47,331 bases of DNA, taken from assembly GCA_913045195.1 (NCBI GenBank), contig CAJWQR010000005.1, positions 1-47,331 on the forward strand. Direction: 5' to 3'. Below, piece by piece: positions 1-9,463 of the stretch. The position numbers and the translations under genes were made by a program. The notes under the pieces are model-generated. The model was not told the origin of the DNA, made no database searches, and saw nothing but the letters and a program-made list of their open reading frames with translations. Position 1 is the stretch's first letter. Every line of letters starts with the position of its first letter. This DNA is from an uncultured Legionellales bacterium (GTDB lineage: Bacteria > Pseudomonadota > Gammaproteobacteria > Eutrophobiales > Eutrophobiaceae).

Positions 1-61
1 TACCACATATTGGGGATTTTGATCCAGACAAACTGTCGGCAGAGATATCTTCGTCTTTCAT
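1..61 (-). CDS. possible 5' end of a gene divergent from coxB (MKDEDISADSLSGSKSPICG...), running off the window
   Basis: ATG at 61-59 preceded by GAGAA, with 20 open codons to the edge. No family recognisable. Confidence 0.3.
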   Translation of the reverse strand, partial: MKDEDISADSLSGSKSPICG

Positions 62-330
62 TTCTCAAATTTAATATTTAAAACAAAGGCCAAGTTAGGT
101 TAATATATCGCTTCTTTTGCCATGGTCTAGCGGCAACAATTATTTAAGGGTTTTCCGAATTAGGGTGGCGAAAAAAATAAATTATAATTTTGTGTAAAAA
201 ATATTAAGAGACGAGGATGCTTTTTAATTTAATAAACGAAAATGACCAAAAAAACTATGTTTAGCAATAGAAGAATTGAACAAAGCAATCAAAAATTGAA
301 ATAAAATCATAATCACAGGGGAAGGTTGTA

Positions 331-1473
331 ATGTCTGTAGATAAATTGAAACAAATCGTGCTCGGTGTCACCGCCGTTTCATTATTTTTGATGAGCGGTA
401 TAGCGTTAGCTGATTACATGAACGTACTGAATTTAACCGAAGGCGTTACACCAACCAGTAAAATGGTCTACAGCCTACATATGCAAATTCTGTATATTGT
501 CACAGTAATCGGTATTCTCGTATTTTCGGTAATGTGTTGGTCGATTTACCATCATAGAAAATCTAAAGGCGCGGTCGCTGAACAATTTCATCACAGCACA
601 GCCGCTGAAATTACTTGGACGGTTGTTCCCATCCTTATTCTTGTCCTCATGGCAATTCCTGCAACCAAAGCGCTGGTATTTATGGAACAAACCGGTGATT
701 CGGAAATGACAATCAAAGTTACCGGTTATCAGTGGAAATGGAAATACGATTATCTTGATGAAGACATTAGTTTTTTTAGTGCGCTCGCACAAGACAGCAA
801 TGATGCAAGACAAAGAGGTTCGGGGATAGACCCGAACACAGTCGATAATTATCTTTTAGATGTTGATAACCGAGTTGTGCTCCCGATTAAAACAAAAATT
901 CGAATACTTACAACCGCTGCTGATGTAATCCATGACTGGTGGGTGCCTGCACTTGGGTGGAAGCGTGATGCAATACCAGGTTTTATCAATGATAACTGGA
1001 CCTATATTGAAGAACCGGGGGTTTATCGTGGTAAATGCGCTGAGCTTTGTGGTAAAGATCATGGCTTTATGCCAATTGTTGTCGAAGCCGTTTCTAAAGA
1101 TGAATATGTTGCTTGGGTTGAAGAACAAAAATCAATACAACTTGCAGCAGCAGCAGGCGCGGATAAAGAATGGACAAAAGAAGAATTGTTAGAAAAAGGC
1201 GCAGCAGTTTATGCAGCAAATTGTGCTGCTTGTCATATGGCAGAAGGACAAGGCATAGAAGGCCTATTCCCAGCGTTAAAAGGAAGTGCCATTGTTAATG
1301 GGCCGGCGTCAGAAATAATTATGCAGGTGCTTAATGGTAAAAACATGATGCCCGCTTTTAAAGATCAATTAAACGATGTCGATTTAGCTGCCGCAATTAC
1401 TCACGAAAGAAATTCGTGGGGCAATACAGCCGCCGATATCGTTCAGCCAGCAGATATAAAAGCAGCGCGTTAA
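331..1473 (+). CDS. coxB: cytochrome c oxidase subunit II with C-terminal cytochrome c domain
   Basis: Signal peptide, 2 TM helices, GYQWKWKY, CuA ligands VIHDW and CAELCGKDHGFM, C-terminal CAACH...MPAF, GGGGAAGG RBS. Confidence 0.97.
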   Translation: MSVDKLKQIVLGVTAVSLFLMSGIALADYMNVLNLTEGVTPTSKMVYSLHMQILYIVTVIGILVFSVMCWSIYHHRKSKGAVAEQFHHSTAAEITWTVVPILILVLMAIPATKALVFMEQTGDSEMTIKVTGYQWKWKYDYLDEDISFFSALAQDSNDARQRGSGIDPNTVDNYLLDVDNRVVLPIKTKIRILTTAADVIHDWWVPALGWKRDAIPGFINDNWTYIEEPGVYRGKCAELCGKDHGFMPIVVEAVSKDEYVAWVEEQKSIQLAAAAGADKEWTKEELLEKGAAVYAANCAACHMAEGQGIEGLFPALKGSAIVNGPASEIIMQVLNGKNMMPAFKDQLNDVDLAAAITHERNSWGNTAADIVQPADIKAAR

Positions 1474-1533
1474 TCTAAGAATTTAAATTTAAATATTGAG
1501 TAAAACAACAATACAAAATAAAGGGTAGAAATT

Positions 1534-3126
1534 ATGAGTGAAGCAGTCCTACATGACGATCATCACGATCATAAACCAACCGGAATAGGCCGCTGGCTTT
1601 TTTCAACTAACCATAAAGATATCGGAACGATGTATCTGGTATTTGCTTTGATAATGTTTTTTGTCGGTGGCGCGATGTCAATGGTAATTAGAGCCGAATT
1701 ATTTCAGCCAGGCATGCAGTATGTTGACCCACAATTTTATAATTCGATGGTAACAGTGCATGCGCTGGTGATGATCTTTGGTGCCTTGATGCCCGCGGGT
1801 GTAGGGCTTGCTAACTGGATGATCCCGATGATGATCGGCGCACCGGATATGGCGTTGCCTAGGATGAACAACATGAGTTTTTGGATTCTACCGTTTGCTG
1901 CAACGCTTTTAATTTCTACTTTTTTTATGCAAGGTGGTGCGCCAGCTGGTGGTTGGACAATGTATCCACCTCTGATTCTCCAACTAGGTGATGGATTGCC
2001 TTACCTGGTCTTTGCAGTGCATTTTCTGGGTGTTTCTTCAATTATGGGCGCGATTAATATTATTGCGACAGTTTTTAATATGCGTGCCCCCGGAATGACT
2101 TTTATGAGGCTGCCTTTATTTGTCTGGACCTGGATCATTACTGCGTTCTTGTTAATTGCTTCAATGCCGGTATTAGCTGGCGCGGTTACAATGTTGTTAA
2201 CCGATAAATATTTTGGCACTGCATTTTTTGATGCTGCAGGTGGCGGTGATCCGCTTATGTTCCAGCACATTTTCTGGTTTTTTGGCCACCCTGAGGTGTA
2301 CATTTTAGTATTGCCAGCATTTGGTGTTATCTCACAGATCATCCCGACTTTTTCGCGTAAACCATTATTTGGCTATACCTCCATGGTGTATGCAACTGCA
2401 TCAATCGCTTTTTTATCTTTCTTTGTGTGGGCGCATCACATGTTCACCGTTGGTATGCCATTAACCGGCGAGTTGTTCTTTATGTACGCAACGATGTCAA
2501 TTGCTGTGCCAACCGGTGTAAAAATATTTAATTGGATGGCAACAATGTGGAAAGGATCGATGACCTTTGAAACACCGATGCTTTTTGCAATTGGTGTTCT
2601 ATTCATGTTTTCAATTGGTGGGTTTTCTGGTTTGATGATGGGGATTACGCCCGTGGACTTCCAATATCATGACACCTATTTTATTGTTGCCCATTTTCAT
2701 TATGTCATTGTGCCCGGCATTATCTTTGGCCTTATGGGCGGTATTTATTTCTGGTTACCTAAGTGGACTGGCAATATGTACGATGAAAAACTGGGCAAAC
2801 TACATTTCTGGTGCTCAACGATTTCGGTCAACATATTGTTCTTCCCCATGCACTTTATTGGGCTAGCCGGTATGCCTCGTCGTATACCTGACTACAATGT
2901 CCAATTTGCCGATTGGAATGTAATTATATCGCTTGGTGGTGTTGCATTTGGGCTGAGTCAACTCATACTTGTTTGGGTGGTTATCAAGTGTGTTCGCGGC
3001 GGCGAGAAAGCAGGAGATCAGGTTTGGGAAGGCGCACACGGTTTGGAATGGACTCTGCCTTCGCCCCCACCATTTCATACTTTTACAACGCCACCTGAAG
3101 TAACCGATGCGACGGCGCACTCATAA
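1534..3126 (+). CDS. coxA: cytochrome c oxidase subunit I (type A1)
   Basis: STNHKDIG, WFFGHPEVY, VWAHHM and VAHFHY heme/CuB motifs. Confidence 0.98.
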   Translation: MSEAVLHDDHHDHKPTGIGRWLFSTNHKDIGTMYLVFALIMFFVGGAMSMVIRAELFQPGMQYVDPQFYNSMVTVHALVMIFGALMPAGVGLANWMIPMMIGAPDMALPRMNNMSFWILPFAATLLISTFFMQGGAPAGGWTMYPPLILQLGDGLPYLVFAVHFLGVSSIMGAINIIATVFNMRAPGMTFMRLPLFVWTWIITAFLLIASMPVLAGAVTMLLTDKYFGTAFFDAAGGGDPLMFQHIFWFFGHPEVYILVLPAFGVISQIIPTFSRKPLFGYTSMVYATASIAFLSFFVWAHHMFTVGMPLTGELFFMYATMSIAVPTGVKIFNWMATMWKGSMTFETPMLFAIGVLFMFSIGGFSGLMMGITPVDFQYHDTYFIVAHFHYVIVPGIIFGLMGGIYFWLPKWTGNMYDEKLGKLHFWCSTISVNILFFPMHFIGLAGMPRRIPDYNVQFADWNVIISLGGVAFGLSQLILVWVVIKCVRGGEKAGDQVWEGAHGLEWTLPSPPPFHTFTTPPEVTDATAHS

Positions 3127-3152
3127 ATTAAGAAATGAGAAACACGCTTACC

Positions 3153-3275
3153 ATGAGTGATAATAAACAGAGCTCTGCAGATAAGGAGTTAGCAAAGAAA
3201 AATCTAAGGTTGGCCCTTATTTTGGGAATAATTGCCACAGGTTTTTATGTGGGTGTTATTTTGTTTTATTTTTAG
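3153..3275 (+). CDS. small single-TM cytochrome oxidase-associated protein, 40 aa (MSDNKQSSADKELAKKNLRLALILGIIATGFYVGVILFYF)
   Basis: Read by hand. Fills the coxA-ctaG gap and stops 2 nt before the ctaG ATG. Basic KKN segment followed by a hydrophobic helix. Alternative in-frame ATG at 3135. Confidence 0.75.
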   Translation: MSDNKQSSADKELAKKNLRLALILGIIATGFYVGVILFYF

Positions 3276-3277
3276 AT

Positions 3278-3853
3278 ATGGAAAATAACGCAACTAAAAC
3301 AGCAAAAAAACTTGGCTTAGTGGCCATTGCTATGTTTGGTTTCGGTTATTTGATGGTGCCTATATATAATGTTTTTTGCGAATACACTGGCATCAACGGG
3401 AAGACAGGCCAGATTGCACAGTCACAAGTTAGTGTCGATGATGTTGACCCAAATAGATTGGTAACAGTTGAATTTGATACCAATGTTAATCCTGCTTTGC
3501 CTTGGAAGTTTAGGGCGGTCCAATTTAAACAAGAAGTACGGCCCGGCGAAATTGCTGAGGCGTTATTTATCGTGGAAAATGAGTCTGACAAGTCTGTTGT
3601 TGGTCAGGCAATACCGAGCGTTGCCCCGGAACAAGCATCCTTATTTTTTAATAAAACGGAATGTTTTTGTTTTATAAATCAGGTGTTAGCGCCGGGGGAG
3701 AAGAAAGAAATGATTGTACGTTTTGTTGTTGATTCAGATTTACCAGAAAAGATTTCAACAATGACATTATCGTATACTTTTTTTAAAGCCTTAAGCGAGA
3801 ATGATGTTGTTAGTAATGTGAAACATGAAACGACAAAAAAAAATAATGGTTAA
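3278..3853 (+). CDS. ctaG: cytochrome c oxidase assembly protein CtaG/Cox11
   Basis: MFGFGY, FCEYTGING, and the FNKTECFCF copper motif. Confidence 0.96.
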   Translation: MENNATKTAKKLGLVAIAMFGFGYLMVPIYNVFCEYTGINGKTGQIAQSQVSVDDVDPNRLVTVEFDTNVNPALPWKFRAVQFKQEVRPGEIAEALFIVENESDKSVVGQAIPSVAPEQASLFFNKTECFCFINQVLAPGEKKEMIVRFVVDSDLPEKISTMTLSYTFFKALSENDVVSNVKHETTKKNNG

Positions 3854-3881
3854 AAATAATTAATTAAAACGAGGAATAGTT

Positions 3882-4769
3882 ATGTCTGACTCACATGGTG
3901 CGTATTTTATCCCAGAACCAAGTCGTTGGCCGATTGTGGGAACCCTGGCGTTGTTCTTGATGTTTGTCGGCGGCGGCATGGTGTTAAATGGGTATATTGG
4001 TAATGGCCAATATATATTGGGCCTCGGGTTTTTAGCGCTTGTCTATTTATTTTATGGCTGGTTTAAAGATGTGATAGATGAAAGTATCTCCGGTAAGTAC
4101 AACGAACAGGTTGATATCAGTTTTCGTTGGGGGATGGCCTGGTTTATTTTCTCAGAAGTTATGTTTTTCGCAGCTTTTTTTGGCGCTTTATTTTATACAC
4201 GGGTTCTTGCGGTGCCTTGGCTGGGAGGAGATAGCGTAACCAATATTTTCCTTTGGCCAGATTTCCAAGCTGTATGGCCCTTGTTAACAACACCTGATAT
4301 GAGTGTTACAGGGTTAGAGTCTAAGTACATGGCAATTAAAGAAGTGATTCCTGCTTGGGGGATTCCCGCGTGGAACACAGCAATTCTCTTATCTAGCGGC
4401 GCAACCGTTACGTTTGCCCATTGGGCATTAAAGAAAGGAAATCGCTCCGCTTTATGTTGGTGGTTAGCAGCGACAGTGTTGCTGGGTTTTATCTTTGTTT
4501 ATTTGCAAGCATCTGAATATGGCCACGCTTACCACGAACTAGATTTAACACTTAAATCAGGCGTCTATGGGTCAACTTTTTTTATGTTAACCGGGTTTCA
4601 TGGTTTTCATGTCACCATGGGGGCAACAATGTTGTTGGTCATTTTGATTAGATCAATGAAGGGACACTTTTCGGCACACAATCATTTTGCTTTTGAAGCA
4701 GTCGCGTGGTACTGGCATTTTGTTGATGTGGTCTGGCTAGGGTTATTTATATTTGTTTATTGGATATAA
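3882..4769 (+). CDS. coxC: cytochrome c oxidase subunit III
   Basis: WFIFSEVMFF, TGFHGFHV, WYWHFVDVVW. Confidence 0.97.
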   Translation: MSDSHGAYFIPEPSRWPIVGTLALFLMFVGGGMVLNGYIGNGQYILGLGFLALVYLFYGWFKDVIDESISGKYNEQVDISFRWGMAWFIFSEVMFFAAFFGALFYTRVLAVPWLGGDSVTNIFLWPDFQAVWPLLTTPDMSVTGLESKYMAIKEVIPAWGIPAWNTAILLSSGATVTFAHWALKKGNRSALCWWLAATVLLGFIFVYLQASEYGHAYHELDLTLKSGVYGSTFFMLTGFHGFHVTMGATMLLVILIRSMKGHFSAHNHFAFEAVAWYWHFVDVVWLGLFIFVYWI

Positions 4770-4787
4770 ATTAAACAAAAATTAATT

Positions 4788-4823
4788 TAAAGGCGTTGCA
4801 TTGGCAGCGCCTTTATAGTTTTT
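4788..4823. terminator. probable intrinsic terminator between convergent coxC and the DUF2909-like gene
   Basis: TAAAGGCGTTGC-ATTG-GCAGCGCCTTTA forms a 12-bp stem (one G-U on the + strand), followed by TAGTTTTT. Confidence 0.75.
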
Positions 4824-4830
4824 GCGTTAT

Positions 4831-5052
4831 TTAAAAACCAGCCCCGTGGGGTGTTACCCATCCAAACTTATAACCAAGTAACAAGGAAATAAATAACATA
4901 ATAGAAAGTATAATTCTGAAAGTCAGCGAAGTAACCAATCTTTTTGAGTTTGAGTTATCGTTGGCCAGAAAAAAAAGTCCCGAAAAAAGTGAAACGCCTA
5001 TTAGAATAAGCAAAATAAAGATATAAATTTTAAAATAAAAAATGGCGCTCAT
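4831..5052 (-). CDS. twin-TM small protein (DUF2909-like)
   Basis: Two TM helices, SLFSGLFFL...LVTSLTFRI...PH pattern, typical antisense position between coxC and SURF1, AAGGAA RBS. Confidence 0.85.
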   Translation of the reverse strand: MSAIFYFKIYIFILLILIGVSLFSGLFFLANDNSNSKRLVTSLTFRIILSIMLFISLLLGYKFGWVTPHGAGF

Positions 5053-5065
5053 TTTCGATGTTCCT

Positions 5066-5079
5066 TTGATTTAGATTAA
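5066..5079. promoter_or_regulatory. FNR/ANR-like box
   Basis: TTGAT-TTAG-ATTAA, a 9/10 match to TTGAT-N4-ATCAA, in a divergent intergenic region. Confidence 0.4.
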
Positions 5080-5080
5080 C

Positions 5081-5089
5081 ATTATAACA
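5081..5089 (-). promoter_or_regulatory. extended -10 element for the DUF2909-like gene
   Basis: Minus strand reads TG-T-TATAAT, about 29 nt upstream of the ATG. Confidence 0.5.
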
Positions 5090-5125
5090 GTATATGTTTC
5101 AAAGAATTTTAACTATTCTTAATTA

Positions 5126-5875
5126 ATGAAAGCAAAAATCGGAAATTGGGTTTTTTGTCCAAGACTGATCACAAGTCTCTTAACATTATTATTTTTTATC
5201 TTGTTTGTTTCTTTAGGTTTTTGGCAGATTGATCGCGCCGAACAAAAAAGATCTCAACATTCGTTTTTTGAAAAACGACAGAACAAAGAGGCAGTTAATC
5301 TCGATCATAATGTGATTAAAACCGCGGGTATCGTCGATCTTATATGGCGTAAGGTTAATGCTACGGGCAATTTCTTGGAACAGCATCAAATTTTATTAGA
5401 TAATCAGGTTCATGCGGGACGGGCAGGATACTATGTTTACACACCTTTTAGGCTTGAAGATAGCGAAGATATTATTCTGGTAAACCGAGGCTGGGTCTCA
5501 ACAAATAATGATCGAAATTTAAGCCCAAGATTAATTATGACGAAAGGCATGATTAGTATTAATGGCGTTATAAAAGAGGAGCCACGAACAGGACTTTTAT
5601 TAACTAAAGAACATGTTGAAAAATTGAGCGAAACTATTACAAGGGTACAAAGACTAACTATTGCTGAAGTATCTGATATAACAAGAATTAAATTATTACC
5701 TTTTATAATGAGATTATCTCCAGAGTCAAAGCATGGCTATACTAAAAAGCGGCAGTCACATAATTCTGGCGAGAATGTTCATATGGGTTATGCCTACCAA
5801 TGGTTTGCTTTTGCCATCATGCTACTTGCTATTTATTTAATAATAAATATTGAGAAAAGAAACGGAACGGCATAA
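5126..5875 (+). CDS. SURF1 family cytochrome oxidase biogenesis protein
   Basis: LGFWQIDRA, ILVNRGWV, HMGYAYQWF. Confidence 0.93.
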   Translation: MKAKIGNWVFCPRLITSLLTLLFFILFVSLGFWQIDRAEQKRSQHSFFEKRQNKEAVNLDHNVIKTAGIVDLIWRKVNATGNFLEQHQILLDNQVHAGRAGYYVYTPFRLEDSEDIILVNRGWVSTNNDRNLSPRLIMTKGMISINGVIKEEPRTGLLLTKEHVEKLSETITRVQRLTIAEVSDITRIKLLPFIMRLSPESKHGYTKKRQSHNSGENVHMGYAYQWFAFAIMLLAIYLIINIEKRNGTA

Positions 5876-6484
5876 ATGGACGGCGAAAATCCCAATAAGA
5901 AAAACAAAATAATAATTATTGTTATTGTATTAGTTTTTATTGCTCCTTCAATTCTATCTTGGTATGTATTTAATCATAGTAATTTTTTGGAATCCCGAGG
6001 GACATCAAACTATGGCCAAATTATAATCCCTCCTGTTCAGTTAGAGGATTTATCATTAATTGATCCGTTAAACACAGAACGGAACGACACGTTGCATGGG
6101 AAATGGAGCATGATATATGTTGCAGAGTCATGCGAAGAAATCTGCATGGAAAATGTTTATCGAATGCGACAAATCCATATGGGCATTGGCAAACATTCGC
6201 TACGGGTACAAAAAGTTCTATTTTTAACCAACCAGCATTCTAGTGAATTATCTGAATTATTTATTAACTATGCAGGGCAACAAATAATTAGTTCTGATTC
6301 AGTCGATTTAGATGCACTATTGGATAAGTTCCGTTCAGAAAAAGTTATTTACCCAACAAAAGCTGGCCATATATATATTTCAGACCCACTAGGTAATCTT
6401 ATGATGAGCTATCCCTCTGATATAAACCCAAAAGGTATTTTGAAGGACCTAAAAAAATTATTAAGAGCATCTCGTATCGGTTAA
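5876..6484 (+). CDS. membrane-anchored SCO-like/thioredoxin-fold oxidase assembly protein
   Basis: N-terminal TM, LHGKW...CEEIC (CxxxC), IYISDPLGNLMMSY, DLKKLL, and operon context. Confidence 0.75.
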   Translation: MDGENPNKKNKIIIIVIVLVFIAPSILSWYVFNHSNFLESRGTSNYGQIIIPPVQLEDLSLIDPLNTERNDTLHGKWSMIYVAESCEEICMENVYRMRQIHMGIGKHSLRVQKVLFLTNQHSSELSELFINYAGQQIISSDSVDLDALLDKFRSEKVIYPTKAGHIYISDPLGNLMMSYPSDINPKGILKDLKKLLRASRIG

Positions 6485-6508
6485 TTAAAAGATTATAAAG
6501 TCTAAAAA

Positions 6509-7528
6509 ATGAAAATAAATTTAAATCGTATATTTCTTAATCTTTTACGTCTCGGGTGTTTGTTGGCTCTTGTAGTAATTATTTTGGGGGCGTATGTAAG
6601 ATTGTCAGACGCAGGTTTAGGATGTCCTGATTGGCCAGGATGTTATGGTAAATTAATTGTCCCTGAGGGCAGTAATAGCCAAGTTGAGGAGATGAATTTG
6701 GCTTATCCTGAAAGGCTATTTGAAAAAGATAAAGCATGGAAGGAGATGTCGCATCGTTACCTTGCCAGTGTGTTAGGTTTTTTAATTTTAATGTTGGCTG
6801 CCCTTACATGGTTTAAGCCACAATTCTTAAGTGTACGTTTATTTTCAAGTATTTTACTAGTGTTTGTTATGTTTCAAGGATTGCTGGGGATGTGGACGGT
6901 TACATTATTATTAAAGCCCGTTGTTGTTGTGTTACATCTTCTCGGTGGGCTAACAATTTTGAGTTTACTTTATTGGAAAATGTTAAGGCAACAATCCTGC
7001 AACGGTTTTTTTGTAAGTGAAAGCAGCGCAGAATTACTTCCGATTGTTGTAACTGCTTTATTTATATTATTTTGCCAGATTTCACTAGGCGGGTGGACGA
7101 GTTCTAATTACGCTGCGCTTGCCTGCCCAGATTTTCCAACATGTCAGAATATGTGGTGGCCAGAAATGAATTTTGGGGAGGGGTTTACTCTTTGGCATGG
7201 CTTAGGTATCGATTATGAAGGCGGAACTTTAAATGGTGAAGCAAGGACAGCGATTCATATGACGCATCGCGTTGGCGCCATTATTACTGGGGTTATTATC
7301 TCTTATGTCAGTTTTCGGGCGATTTTAACTGGCGCCAAATATTTGAGATTGACAGGAATTGTTGTATTAATATTGTTGATTACGCAACTATCACTAGGGG
7401 TTGCCAATATTAAGTTTAATTTACCACTATCTATTGCTGTCGCTCACAATGGAGTAGCTGCCTTATTATTGTTATCCTTAGTAACTTTATTACATCATTG
7501 TATAAGCGATAAAAACAATATTCTCTAA
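6509..7528 (+). CDS. ctaA: heme A synthase COX15/CtaA
   Basis: GLGCPDWPGC, EMSHR, HLLGG, ACPDFPTC, HMTHR, AHN. Confidence 0.95.
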   Translation: MKINLNRIFLNLLRLGCLLALVVIILGAYVRLSDAGLGCPDWPGCYGKLIVPEGSNSQVEEMNLAYPERLFEKDKAWKEMSHRYLASVLGFLILMLAALTWFKPQFLSVRLFSSILLVFVMFQGLLGMWTVTLLLKPVVVVLHLLGGLTILSLLYWKMLRQQSCNGFFVSESSAELLPIVVTALFILFCQISLGGWTSSNYAALACPDFPTCQNMWWPEMNFGEGFTLWHGLGIDYEGGTLNGEARTAIHMTHRVGAIITGVIISYVSFRAILTGAKYLRLTGIVVLILLITQLSLGVANIKFNLPLSIAVAHNGVAALLLLSLVTLLHHCISDKNNIL

Positions 7529-7546
7529 CATAACTATGAAAACTAT

Positions 7547-8455
7547 ATGAGCAATCGAACAACAATAGATACAACAGATGTAATTTGGCAGGATTATCTA
7601 ACGCTTTGTAAACCAAAAGTAGTTTCTTTAATTGTTTTTACAGCTGTTGTCGGGATGTTTTTAGCAACACCAAACATGGTTCCTTGGGATGTATTAATTT
7701 ATGGAACGATCGGAATTGGTTTAGCCGCATCTTCTGCTGCAACTATAAATCACGTAATTGATTATCGTATTGATTCAATTATGGCTAGAACTATGCGACG
7801 ACCTTTGCCAGAAGGAAAGATAAGCGTTGTCAATGCCATTATATTTGCCTGGTTCCTCGGGACAATTTCCATGGGAATTTTGGCTTTTTTAGTTAACACA
7901 CTTACTGCTGGGCTAACCGCACTTTCATTAATTGGCTACGGCTTCATTTATTCAATGTTTTTAAAACGTGCGACGCCACAAAATATCGTAATAGGAGGTG
8001 CCGCAGGCGCTGCACCGCCCGTCTTAGGCTGGACAGCTGTTACCGGGACATTAGATCCTAATTCTTTATTATTGTTTTTAATTATTTTTGTTTGGACACC
8101 TCCACATTTTTGGGCATTGGCAATTTATCGTCGCGATGATTATGCGGCTGCAGACATCCCAATGTTGCCTGTAACACACGGCGTTGAATTCACACGATTA
8201 CAAATATTGCTGTATACAATTTTGTTATTTGTTGTGACATTACTGCCATATTTAGTTGGTATGTCTGGCTTTTTTTATTTGGTGGGAGCGGTATTACTTG
8301 GGGCAGGATTCTTATACTATGCAATTTTAATGCGTTTTAACCACGATGATCAATTGGCAATGCGCACATTTTCTTATTCGATTATTTACTTAATGCTTCT
8401 CTTTGCATTTTTATTAATCGATCATTACATACCAATTATTGTTAACAATCTATAG
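7547..8455 (+). CDS. cyoE: protoheme IX farnesyltransferase (heme O synthase)
   Basis: [32 protein letters not shown]. Confidence 0.97.
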   Translation: MSNRTTIDTTDVIWQDYLTLCKPKVVSLIVFTAVVGMFLATPNMVPWDVLIYGTIGIGLAASSAATINHVIDYRIDSIMARTMRRPLPEGKISVVNAIIFAWFLGTISMGILAFLVNTLTAGLTALSLIGYGFIYSMFLKRATPQNIVIGGAAGAAPPVLGWTAVTGTLDPNSLLLFLIIFVWTPPHFWALAIYRRDDYAAADIPMLPVTHGVEFTRLQILLYTILLFVVTLLPYLVGMSGFFYLVGAVLLGAGFLYYAILMRFNHDDQLAMRTFSYSIIYLMLLFAFLLIDHYIPIIVNNL

Positions 8456-8489
8456 TCTAATTATATAAAGCAAAGAGTAAAAATGATTA

Positions 8490-9353
8490 TTATTCTTTGA
8501 TTGATGCTTTAAGTTTTTTAATCGCGCTATTTTCGATTTGTCTAACCCTTTCCGCAGATATATTATGGATAGCGGCAAGCTCGTGTAGCGTTGCTTTTTT
8601 TTCAACTAACCAACGACTCGAAATTATATCTTTACTTCGATCGTCTAATAGAGCAATTGCATTTTGTAAAGTTTCTTGTTCATGATCTATGTTTTGTTTG
8701 CTTTCCAATAATTCTTCTGGCCCAGCTTCATTATTTTCTAAATAACTAGCAGGGGTGTTATAGGATTCTTCATTATCATCAAGATGCGTATCGAATGTCG
8801 CATCATAATTACTCATGCGTTTTTCCATCTCAATAACATCACTTGGTTTTACGCCAAGATCCTTCGCCACTTCATTTACTTCTTGTTGGTTTAGCCAACC
8901 CAATCTTTTTTTTGAAGAGCGAAGATTAAAGAATAATTTACGTTGAGCTTTTGTCGTAGCGATTTTAACGACACGCCAATTTTTTAGAATGAATTCATGA
9001 ATTTCCGCGCGTACCCAATGGACCGCAAAGGAGACAAGACGAACACCAAAATCAGGATTAAAACGTTTAACAGCTTTCATTAACCCTATACTACCTTCTT
9101 GGATAAGATCCGCCTGCTGAAGACCATAGCCACTATAGCCGCGTGCTATTTTTACAACAAAACGAAGATGAGACATTACTAGTTGACGAGCGGCCTCTAT
9201 ATCATCATTTTCTTGCAAAAGCCTTGCTAAACGTTGTTCTTCATCAAAAGACAAAATAGGCACTTGATTGACAGAGCGGACGTAACTGTCAATTGAGCCT
9301 GCCGGCAATGCGAATTGTAGATTTGCTAGTTGATTCATATATTTAATTTCCAT
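8490..9353 (-). CDS. rpoH: RNA polymerase sigma-32 factor
   Basis: DLIQEG, RpoH box QRKLFFNLR, SAERVRQIE. Located downstream of ftsX. The start may be 9338. Confidence 0.97.
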   Translation of the reverse strand: MEIKYMNQLANLQFALPAGSIDSYVRSVNQVPILSFDEEQRLARLLQENDDIEAARQLVMSHLRFVVKIARGYSGYGLQQADLIQEGSIGLMKAVKRFNPDFGVRLVSFAVHWVRAEIHEFILKNWRVVKIATTKAQRKLFFNLRSSKKRLGWLNQQEVNEVAKDLGVKPSDVIEMEKRMSNYDATFDTHLDDNEESYNTPASYLENNEAGPEELLESKQNIDHEQETLQNAIALLDDRSKDIISSRWLVEKKATLHELAAIHNISAERVRQIENSAIKKLKASIKE

Positions 9354-9383
9354 TAGCTATAATTTGCGCTAACAATTGACATT

Positions 9384-9410
9384 TTAGCACTCTAATTGTT
9401 TGAGTGCTAA
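9384..9410. promoter_or_regulatory. CIRCE element (HrcA operator) upstream of rpoH
   Basis: TTAGCACTC-TAATTGTTT-GAGTGCTAA, an exact match to TTAGCACTC-N9-GAGTGCTAA. Confidence 0.95.
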
Positions 9411-9425
9411 TAATACCAAAGGTTC
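9399..9425 (-). promoter_or_regulatory. sigmaE (RpoE/AlgU)-type promoter of rpoH
   Basis: Minus strand GAACCT-N16-TCAAA. The -10 overlaps the CIRCE arm. Confidence 0.7.
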
Positions 9426-9463
9426 AATTGAATATATTATATAAAGTGTTGATTTGTTTAACT

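Noticed and set aside
242-304. 20-codon ORF (MTKKTMFSNRRIEQSNQKLK) upstream of coxB
   Set aside because: No RBS and no recognisable motif; expected by chance in A-rich DNA.
270-312. TTGAA...ATCAA/ATCAT half-sites upstream of coxB as an FNR box
   Set aside because: Spacing is 5 or 7 nt, not 4.
1478-1498. AATTTAAATTTAAAT palindromic run after coxB
   Set aside because: AT-only low-complexity sequence.
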